From NCBI RefSeq assembly GCF_006345805.1, contig NC_043013.1:12834001-12898000 (forward strand): a DNA stretch of 64,000 nucleotides, given 5' to 3'. The notes under the pieces are model-generated. The model made no database searches. It was not told where the DNA came from and worked only from the letters and a program-made list of their open reading frames with translations. The position numbers were made by a program, and so were the translations under genes. Shown here piece by piece: positions 53,750-64,000 of this stretch. Each line of letters begins with the position of its first letter. Within the stretch, counting starts at the first letter, position 1. The stretch is from Octopus sinensis (taxonomy: Eukaryota).

Positions 53750-53970
53750 CAATGCATTGGTTTCAAACTTTGGCACAAGGCCAGCAATTTCAGGGGTGGG
53801 GTTAACAGATTACATCGGTCTCAGTATCCAATTGCTACCTGGTTTATCGGCCCCGAAAGGATGAAAGACAAAGTCGACCTCGACGGAATTTGAACTCGGA
53901 ATGTAAATACAGGCGAAATGCTGCTAAGCATTTTGTCCGACGTGCTAACGATTCGGCCACTTCGCCGCTT
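53750..53970 (-). mobile_element. tRNA-derived SINE, family B
   Basis: Homologous to 22395-22625. Confidence 0.8.
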
Positions 53971-55660
53971 TAACATTACAGACAACATATTAAAATTAAT
54001 TCCGATCTATTCTACACGCTTCTCCGAGCTATTCCTGAAGAAAAATCATTTTTCCTACTCCAATGCTGACTAATTATATTTGTAAGACATATTCATCAGA
54101 CCCCTTACCAAGAATCGAAACCTCGGTCTTCCCGCTTGTTTATATTGTTCTCGCCATTTGTGTTTAGAATTCATTCGTTTTACCTATTTAATTCGCCACC
54201 ATTTTAGATGAGACAGAGTTTAATCTTGTTGACCCATTCCGATCTATTGTCAATGGTCTGACTTGACTTTAGCACTGCAATAAATACGAGATACCAAGAG
54301 AAAAATGTTCTCTTTCCTCTGCAACTTCCAAACAGTTAACTATGGCACCTTATCGCGAGCTTTGCCCCATTTATCCCCCTCAAGTTAGGGTTCACTATTA
54401 ACAACTACCATGGTAATAGATTATCCTATCAAAACTAACTAAATTTTGTGTTTACTTCTAACTCGTTGCGGTTCCATAACCGCGTTAGTAAAATCTACAG
54501 TAAGTGTGAAATACCTTTCAGCAGTTCTTTGCAGTGCTTCCAGAAACATTATCTAAGCAATGCACAGTCTGTCGCCAACTTGTCACATCTCTACGTGACA
54601 AACAGCTTGCTACATCGTGTCTGTTACGCCTTTCCCGTTACAATTATCCCGTTATACATATAAAGACATGTTTGAAGTACATTTCGAAAGTAGCTAGAAT
54701 CTTTATAAACGTGTGTCCATTTATATCTGAGGCCTTGTGCTATTACTAGAAATAAATGATAGCAAATAAAACTCAACATATATTAAAGAAGTAATGATTT
54801 CTTATATAAAATCGTCTTATATATAAATAGGTAAGTAGATTGTATTAAAGAGATTAGTATTTCTTGATTGATATTAAAGAAATCACGGAAGATATTAAGC
54901 CCATCAGAAGAATAAGAAACCATTTTTATTCCATTTCAGAACTTTGGAACGATTTCAAACAGTCAAATACACTGGAGAAGATTAACTCCGTTGGATGTGG
55001 TATAAGAGTTTACGACTCTTATAATTTCGTTAACAGTAAGACCCTCTTTTTGTTTATTTTTTGTGTTCTTTTTCTTGTTCTTTTTTCTCATCTTTAATTC
55101 ATTGATCTCTAGTTCTGGCCGCAAAAAAACTAAGAAATTTGTAAATATATCTTTCTTCCACATCATATGCGTATTTCTACTTAGAGACTTAATTCTTAAT
55201 GAAATATATTAGCAGTAAATTAATAGTCTTGCAAAAGGATGTCGTAAAACTGATCCACAAATACATTTAAAATCTGGCAGATGAAATAATATTAATTCCT
55301 GTTGTCATTAAAAATCTCAGCGTGCTTCATTACAAACTGGTAAGGAAATACAACAATACGTCTCGATGGTAATACGAGAACCTATCTACCTCCGAGATAA
55401 CCAGCTACGTACCCCTTCTCCTTCTATTTCACCAGCCAGATCCCACATCAGTTATTATTTCCAATCTTTCATTTCTAGATTAGGCAACTCACTGCCCACT
55501 CACACTAACTTAAAGATGTCCAAATGGAACATGAATAAAATCGATCTATCGAATCAATAGACCATATCTATTCGTTTCCCTTGTACCTTGTCAATGAAGA
55601 GCAATAGTTTGATATATGTTCTTATATTTCTTATTTTTTATTTCCTTTTTTCTTTTGCAG

Positions 55661-55857
55661 AAAAAGAAATCAGTGATTCGATAGCTTATTCAACTTTTTC
55701 CTTCAAACAAAATCCATATCACAACCTGATAACCGAGGCTCAAATGAATGCTCACTCGGTTCTGGATTGTTCACGTTTATGTATGATATCTTCTACATGT
55801 ACCGCCTGTTCATATACTAACACTAAGTGCGTACTAAAGAAACTTGATGACATTTAA
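55661..55857 (+). CDS. Terminal exon, PAN/apple-like domain 3
   Basis: Long polypyrimidine tract with ttgcAG, phase 1. It encodes SVLDCSRLC-MISST-C-x9-CVL and ends at TAA. AATAAA follows about 120 nt downstream. Confidence 0.8.
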
Positions 55858-55979
55858 AGGAATTCACCCCAAAATTATTTACTTCTCAATGAAATGTGAA
55901 CAAGACTTCAGCGGATCACGTTTGCTAATAATAATTATCTATATCTATAAATATAAGATAGAATGTGTGTTTCTTTATC

Positions 55980-55985
55980 AATAAA
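55980..55985 (+). promoter_or_regulatory. Putative polyadenylation signal of the PAN gene
   Basis: AATAAA about 120 nt after the stop codon, followed by T-rich sequence. Confidence 0.45.
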
Positions 55986-56699
55986 ACCAATTTAATTCAG
56001 ATAATTCTTTTGTTTATTTTTATTGCTAACTTTTTTCGTTCTAAATTAGTCTTCTCTTATAAATCCATTCATACATTGGAAGTTTTATAAGATTATTAAA
56101 TTTACCTGAATACCAATGAAGCAATTGGGTATTATTTTATCGACATTCAAAGAATTAAACACTAAGTTAACTTGGACAGCATTTGATCTCAAAGCGTAAC
56201 CTGTCTAAACTAAATACTACATGCAGTTAAACCGAATCTTTAACACATTTTATCCATCATCTAAATAATATATCAAATAAAACATTTGCGTGTGGTTGAT
56301 TTCTTTTGAGAAATGAAAGAAATTGTAATTCAAACTAAGAAGAAATGATGAAAGTACCATCGAAAAGTTTTCTGAAGAATATGGTAAACAGTTTACAAGA
56401 CCCATTGTACGTCCATTCCAACGTAAGAAAGCAGCGAAAATTTTAGGTTAATTTTTGAGTTTCAGCTCAGGTGTTTCTAAAGTTATTTAAGCAGGTAATT
56501 CTAAACTAATGTTATCGAAATTTACAAAGCCAAATTAAAATAAAAATCTTTCTTTTTTATCTTTGGACGAAATTTTGCATTTCAACAACATTTTTGCATA
56601 TAACATCGGTAAAGGTAAAACGAAATTCAATAGAAATTCGTTCATCAATACAGCAGCTCCATAAGTTCTGATTTTTGGAGGGTTATACATAGCAATTTA

Positions 56700-59600
56700 A
56701 CTCTTTAATTCGTTTCAGCTTTAAAGTTGCCTCCATGCTGAGGCACCACCGTTGGCTCTACTACGCCATCATTATTTGAAACCTGTCTGATTCGTGGCAT
56801 TTGGTGAATGAGGGAGTTTGATGCTGCTGTCCTCATCTGTGTTTCCTGTCGTGAGGTAGGCATATCTGGAACCCTTGACAGGAGGAGATCCAGTTTCATC
56901 TTGAAGACACCTATATCCATACCATGCCGGTCTCTCGGACATTTTGGAAGGATATTGAAGAGCCGCGAGTCATTGAAACCCAAGCTGTTGCTGTATCTGA
57001 TCCCTATTTTGATGGTAATGATGGGATCTTTGGCATTCTGCAGTGGTGCCCCGTTCTGCTATTTGTGTAACTTTCAATGCCATAGTACAAGGCCTTCCAG
57101 AATTTTCCAGATATATATCCCAGTATATCTTTCCCGCCTTCGTTGAAAGTGAAGCAGTCTTAACTCTTTTAGAGTTTCCCCAGTAGTTGATACGTTTGTA
57201 TTGAGACGATTTTGTTAGTGTAGATTCGTTGGATTGCTTCGAGTTCCGCTGTTAATTTTATACTGTGTAGTGGCCATATTTTGGAGCAATAGTCCAAGAA
57301 GCTGAGGACATATGTCTTCCAAAAGACCATCATAGTTTCCTTTTCTCTCGTTCTGAAAGTTCGGAGGATCCATCCACCTACCCGTTTGAATTTTCTTAAC
57401 AAATTAGTAAAAAGCACCTGGAAAGATACATCATTACTCATGCCAATGCTCGGGTCACTATTGATTTTAATTCAGGGACTGCGATTCCTCCAGGGCCAGA
57501 GTATTCTGTTTGCATGTCTCTCAACTTTGTATGCTGGTAGCTCAGAGCCTGGAATTTTCAATCATTAAACTGCATGTTGTTGTTCTCAGTCTACCTGTAT
57601 ATTGCGTCCAGTTCTCGTTGCAAATGCGCACTATTTCCAGGGTTCTGAATCGTCTGAGAGGCTTGTCATCTGCATAGCTAGAGAGATTGGCTTATTTGAG
57701 CAGTTGAGGGCGTCTGAGAGGACCACTCTAAATAGCAGTGGTCCTAAGACAGTATCCTGTGTAACACCACTTAAAATTTACGTTTCTTTTGAGGTGGCTC
57801 CATTGGCCACCACTGCTTGACATCTATCTTTTATAAAGTCATCCAGCCACTCTCCAGCTTTCCGACGATGCTGAGATCATGCAGTTTGCAATGTATCATA
57901 CTACAGTCAACTTTATCAAGGGCTTTTGCAAAGTCGAGATATATCACAGCTACACTTGAGTCGTTGAGCTGTTGCTTTAACACTCAGCCGTAATGTTGTT
58001 AGATCTGTATCAGGCAGCTTCTCCCTTGTTGAAATCCATACTGGGTGTCAGTCAGCATATCATTCTCTTCAATGAACGCAATTAGTTTCTTGCTGACTAT
58101 TCGTTCTATGACTTTGCTAATGTGTGAGGCCAAACAGATAGGCTTATAATTTTTATCATCTGCTCTGCTTCCTCTTTTGTGGATGGAGCATATTATCCCT
58201 TCCCTCAGTTTGTTTGGGAGCTTACCACTTGCAAGAGAACTCTGAATAAGAATCTGCAGTGGTTTTGCAAGGACTCGTTTGCATGATTTGAGAAGGATTG
58301 CTGGGAATCCACCAGAGCCAGCACCTGAGTTTTGTTTACGTCATATATGGCCAGTGTTACATCTTTAATGCCGATGTAACTAATATTCTCCTCTTTCGTT
58401 ACAGGTAAAGTGGCAAAGAAATTTGGTGATTCGTTCATTTGCCTGTATCCTAGAGGGGGCGTAAACACACTTTGAAACTGTTCGTTCAGTATTTCACTTA
58501 TCCTCCTTGGGTTTCCTATGAACGAGCCATCTTTTTGGAAAAGAGGGCCCTATCTTGTAACGTACTGGGGCTATTTCTTTGGCAAAGTTAAAGAAAGCTT
58601 TGGTGTTCGATTTAACATTTTCTATAAATCCCTATCTTCTCTCTCTTTTTCATAACACTTATGCAGACTTTTGTCAATCGACAATAGCGCGCTCTTCTGG
58701 CAGGACTTTTCACTAATTTTGGGGTGTTTGTTCAGGATATTTCGCAATCTTTGTCCGTCGTCTCATAAATATTTTCCTTTCCCTAAGTATTTTGTTTTTG
58801 TGTATGTTGGCCTTGTGCTTTCGGACAGATTTGTTACATATGGCTTGTCTTATGGACATGAAATGCTTGTGTTTCATATCAATGTCTCGTGTGGGGAGAT
58901 ATATAGACCAATCCTTTTGGCTACTGTCTTTTTCAATCAACTTCCACGTAGCTTTATGACTCTTCAGACTGGAGAGATTTCGAGTGCCTCGTATAGGCTG
59001 TATGCCTGTAGGGAATTTTGGTCCATACATAGACAGCTCTATTATGTTGTGATCCATGACTAGTGTCGGTGTCACTTTCACATTATGGACCAATGTCCAT
59101 ACTGTTTGTGAAGCAGGGATCCATTATATCATTTGCTGTGGCTGGTTGCAAAACAATTTGCTCCATGAGTGAAGCTTTGATAAAGTGGAGCAGGGACTCT
59201 ATCTGTGCTTTTTGGTGGTGTGTCATTCCTGAAAGCATCTGACCCTCGGGAAGTTAAAGTCACCCAAAAGGAATACACTGACGTGTTGCTCCAGTTTCAT
59301 GAGAACTTCTACCTTTGCGAGGCAGTCTTCAAACTTACCCGTATGATATGGAACATCCGGTGGCCGATATGTTGTACATATAGCAAAATTAAGTTGTCTC
59401 ATGTGTACAATTTGAGTGCCACACACTGAATTTGAATATGACAGCAGGACCCGGGTATGATTTTCTCTCGGATGTACACAGCAAATCAACCATGGATCCT
59501 TTCTTTTCTGTCTGAGCGTATTACAACATATTTTGATATATGTAGTTCTGCACCCCCTATATCGAGTCTAAGATGCGTTTTCACAAGTGCTATGCATGGG

Positions 59601-60950
59601 ATTTGGTTGCATGCAGCACGGTCTCTGAGGTGCAACAGACGTCTGGTGTTCAAAAGAAATATTTGTGCGGCGTTTGAGTTGGTCTTAGTGGTGGCCATCC
59701 TGTATCTATTGCTTGTGGTGGCCATGTGATGGTCGGTGTGCATCCAAGTTTGTGCTTATAGCCAGTGCAGCTGCAGGAAAAATTTTTGTGCAAAGCTCAA
59801 AATGAATTATTGTTCAGCTCCTGCCATTTTCACATCTGAATGAGGCTGACTATTTGTTGGGGTAAACACTACATCTGCATATCGTCTTTGGGCAGTAGAC
59901 AGTGTGTAACCTTTCCTTTTGTCCTCTTCATGGAAAAAAGTATTGCTTTGGGCTTGTGCAGTTTTCGTAGGACTCTTTGCACTATCATCGCCGCACTAGA
60001 CGTTCTCTTAAAGGTAAAATCTGCAAATGTTTCTGCTTTTACTTTTGTAACTTCTATGTTTTTTGTTTTGCTCCAAAATGTTTTGTCTTTTCTTCGTTTC
60101 CTTTGTTTTTCACTTCTCGTTTTTCCTTGTTTCTGACAGCTTTTTTTTTGTCAATTACGTGTTTTGGTTTTCCTTTTTCAGCTCTATTAAATCATTGATT
60201 GTCTAAAGTGATGGGGCAGGGTCAGTAACAGTGTTTCCTTCATTTGCAGGTCTCTCAGTCGTGGCTTAGGTTTTGTCCTTTTGAGAGACCGTTGAATCCT
60301 TGAGGTTACATCCATCTTTTTAACATTATTGGTGCAATCAGATACCCAGAATGGTGTCAAGAGTGTCGATGGGCTGTCTAATGAAAGCATAGGAATGGAG
60401 GAATTACAGTTTCTTCCGATCTGGGCCGTGGTTCTGGGAATATCATTACTTGTTAATGCCGCTGCGATGATGTTGTTTAGGGGAACTTCGTCGGTAATTT
60501 TCCAGGCTCGCACAAATAATTGCAGTTCCTTCGTTATCCAAATAATAGCAGTGAAAAATAAATTGCAATATAGATACCATTAATTTTCCTTTCTTGACAA
60601 CTGGATAAGAGTGGCATCACGTGCTCCTTTCCCAAAAGTTTGATATTCCCTCTGTAGAGAATCAGCTGAAATATAGATTTGGTTCATTTTACTCCCAAAG
60701 CATACTTGCCATCGCGAAGGCTTGTTTTAATGAATTCTTACTCATCAGTATTTTTCTGGAACATGTGGACAGTAAAAGCACTTTTCCGGAATGCTGTACT
60801 CATTGACGTGATTTATATAACCCTAGATTGAAACCGCAACATCTTGAATCAAACAATGTTTACGAAACTTTTCTTGAGTTTTCGCTATGAAGATTTATTG
60901 CTTTGGTTGTTGCTAATGTTTTCAAGATGAGTTTGTTGAGACTGTCGAGC
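56700..60950 (-). mobile_element. Near-full-length decayed CR1-type LINE (ORF1 remnant, endonuclease, RT)
   Basis: YRPP, LLGDFNFP, DHNII, YKPICLAS, QYGFQQGRSC, IYLDFAKA, SGVTQDTVLGPLLF, LDYCS and RLFNILP. The 5' boundary is approximate. Confidence 0.85.
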
Positions 60951-61909
60951 GTCGGCTGCTGTTCTGAAAGGCGCCTTTCAAATGAAATATTTTCTTATCC
61001 TTAACCACAGTCCGGCTAGTCCTTCTGTGTCTATCACAACATAATCACCCTGATGTCATCTTGTGCCTTATAAATTTGTTGAATCAGAATCCTATGAGAA
61101 TATAACTGTATCATAATGTTCTAATTCTTCAAAAGCTGACTCTTTAAGGTCCTTTGTCTCTGAAGGATATTCATCATCTTTGGTTACTTCAGCAAGGTTC
61201 CTTCTTATGAATTAACGTATATCCATATATTGTACTGAATCTACAATAAAGAATTAACAGCTTGTATGTACGTGTTATATAAAATAATGATAAAGACGTT
61301 TCAGCACCTTGAAACATAAATTTCTCTAACGTTGTTGTATCAACACTAAAAAGAAACCAGCAGTATCATCTCATTATCATTATTAAATAAATTATTATTC
61401 TTTTAATTTCCCCATGTTTGGTCAAACATTTGGTATCTAAACCTTCCAACAGTTACTTGAATAACTGCTGCCATTAAGGACAATTAGTTCCTTCCGTTCA
61501 AAGATACTCTCCAGAGTGCTTGAAACCTCACATGTGAAGCAGAACGCCATTTTCAGGAGAAGTATGAGAGTGCACTCGAAGTATTGTCGCGCATACTTGA
61601 AAACAAAATGCATAACAGACACCATGCTATTATATACGTTGCTAGTGCAGTAAGAATCTGTCTTTTTCGGAGAGGGTAATGCAAAAGAAACCTTAGAGAA
61701 AAAAGGAGAGAGAGAGAAAGAAAGCTGCCTGTCTTGCAATTCCTCTACCAGCATGGTTTGTCCTTAGCCAATGATATAAAAATACAAGACACATTTTACA
61801 TATTGATATATTTTATCATTATGTGTTTGGCAAAGAAATACGAGAGACGGGAAAAGAAAATTACTTCAAGATTCTATTTTCAAGAACTGATTTTATAGAT
61901 TGGGGGCTA

Positions 61910-62950
61910 GATTTAGGGAAATGTTCTTCGGGTAGGGCGAAGAGGATCGGATGGGGTGGAACCAGATAACTTCCCGGATTCCCGTTCGTTTAATCCCATT
62001 AGTGGGGTTAACTGGGTGGATATAGAGTTTGGAGGTGTATGATGGTGTCTGTTTCGGTGGGTTATGGTGTATATCGGATTTGGGGTCATCTGGGTAGGAA
62101 AGGAGAATCGTTTGTTAGGTCATCTGATACTCTGAAATTTGGACGGGTATTGGAGGGGTGGGATAGGAGGAATTTTACGCTTTTTACGTTTTTACTCAAC
62201 ATAGCCCCCAGCTCCACACATATAAACCCAAAATACCAATTAAGCTCCTTAACAGCACTAACCCCCATAACTCCAACTATAATTCCACTTCTAACACCTG
62301 ATCCTTAAATTTACCACAACGCCCAACTTGTAAAAATAGAGAACAACACAGAAGATACCACCGGACACAATAATCATCATATTTTACATCTCTACAGCAC
62401 CACCCTCAACTCCTTAACAAGCACTGATCTTAACGCCAGCAATAAAACCAAACTTAACACCGATTCCTCACTAAATAGCAATCCCCTCTTAAGGTCATCC
62501 AGAACATCCCCTACAGATCTACGCTGCCGCAGACGCCCAGCCTCCTGTCATTTAGATAACCGCTGTCTCACAAGAAACGTAGTTTATAGTGTACAGTATC
62601 ATATGCCAACAGTAACTCCATTTCTATTGACTCATGTAGCATCACCTTCAAAGCTAGAGTGAGCGACCACTGCTCCAGCTTCAAGTCCCAAACAGAATCA
62701 ACGGCATGTCTTTACCTCAGCTTTTCAATTAACAAAAAAGTTTGATTCAACTCTTTACATTCTCAAGGGGTCCATTGTCACCCACGCCAAGCCATACATC
62801 AGCTATAATAACAAGTTTGATCCCTGCACAGCCGAGATCTTGGCTACTTTGCAATCCACGAACTATCTTAATGAACGCAATAGTATAATATCTACCTACA
62901 AACATCGGTCACTAAATCTATTCTCAAAATACAAATAATAACAAACCCAG
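61910..62950 (+). mobile_element. Penelope-like GIY-YIG fragment with probable inverted 5' piece
   Basis: CRRRPASCHLDNRCLTRNVVY and TFKARVSDH. Base skew flips from G/T-rich to C/A-rich near 62190. Confidence 0.6.
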
Positions 62951-64000
62951 CCCGCTTTTTCTCCCCTAACTTTTATAAATTTTCCCTCTTTTTCGTAAAC
63001 TTATAAGTACATACGCCATTATGCACTACACCACTTCGTACTGTAAACACGCTCAACACACACTATATACATTCCTCTATTGAAAAAAACCTATAGTAGC
63101 CGCCACGATTCTTCCCCTCCTTTTCTTACTTTCTACATGCATATATATTTTTCTCCCCACCACCCCACATTGACCAAAAGCATTTCCCCACCCTTTTCCC
63201 TCCATATTATTTTTTATAATGCCACACTCTTTGCTAATTTTTGTGATTAAGTCACCGGTCAAATGACGACGGTTAAATGCCACCGGTCAAATGACCGTGC
63301 TTAAATTAATCACTCTATCTTGCTTTCTTCATACGCACTTTCTTTCCCCCCCTTGATCAAAAATATTTTCCCCGCCTCCTCCATCCAAATTATCTTTTTT
63401 ACAAATACCACTCCCCTTGCTAATTTCTGTGATTCAGCCAAAACAGATCTATTGATTATAACCGATCATATGCCCTTGCTTAAAATCCTTTTTTCTCTCA
63501 CTTCCTTATATTTTCTTGCTCTTTTCCCTTGTTTTACATTAATATTCTCCTCCCTTTCTGTGCTCTCTACACATTTCGATTGAATATTCCATGCGGCAAC
63601 ATGTACCTACTTGCGACAATGTAACCTTTAATTGAATCAGGATATCCTTGTCATAAAGACTAGCCTGCGTTATATATCTCGCTTGGATATTTACCACCTC
63701 TGAGATTCTGCTCGCTATGAAACATATCTAGCCCAGATCTTATCTACTCTATGCTATAACTCTTATTCGCACACCTGCAATCATGGTCACCTACTGTGAA
63801 ATATAAAAGAACATGTTACGAAGTTGATATAATGATTCTCCTTCATTAAGAAGATAAATTTAAATTAGTAACATCTGGTTCTTGACAGTCATTTCTACCT
63901 AGAAAACAGACAGGATGCTGCAGAGGAATTACCTTCAAATTATTTGTATGTAAACGTTTTATTGTATAATTAATATATTACGTTTTTAATTATTTAAGAG

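Noticed and set aside
54005-54135. CTGAAGA...GAAAC-CTCG-GTC hammerhead-like pattern
   Set aside because: Stems I and II do not pair, and the GAAAC overlaps a B-box-like motif on the other strand.
61290-61375. GAAACGTC hammerhead half on the minus strand
   Set aside because: No recognisable CUGANGA partner; too degenerate to call.

Overview
Eukaryotic, AT-rich, microsatellite-saturated DNA. It is most likely an octopus genome, inferred from the SINE families and repeat landscape. Most entries in the ORF track are translations of simple repeats. One apparently intact host gene can be assembled on the + strand: a probable secreted protein of about 250 aa with three PAN/apple domains, one per exon (candidate signal exon 41562-41628; exons 45543-45800, 48374-48604, 55661-55857). 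Degenerate exon remnants with WSC-, C-type-lectin- or PAN-like motifs lie on the - strand at both ends of the window. The rest is nested, decayed transposons: Helitrons, RTE, CR1-type and R4/Dong-like LINEs, Penelope-like elements, Tc1/mariner and two SINE families. The strongest unexplained signal is non-coding. At least six type-I hammerhead-ribozyme motifs from different repeat families are present. They include a tRNA-headed (Pol III-type) SINE carrying a hammerhead, two hammerheads with very long stem II, and one inside a small element bounded by inverted repeats. Two divergent RTE LINEs also share a 5' leader with an HDV-like ribozyme signature. All calls were made by eye, with no database searches or folding software.
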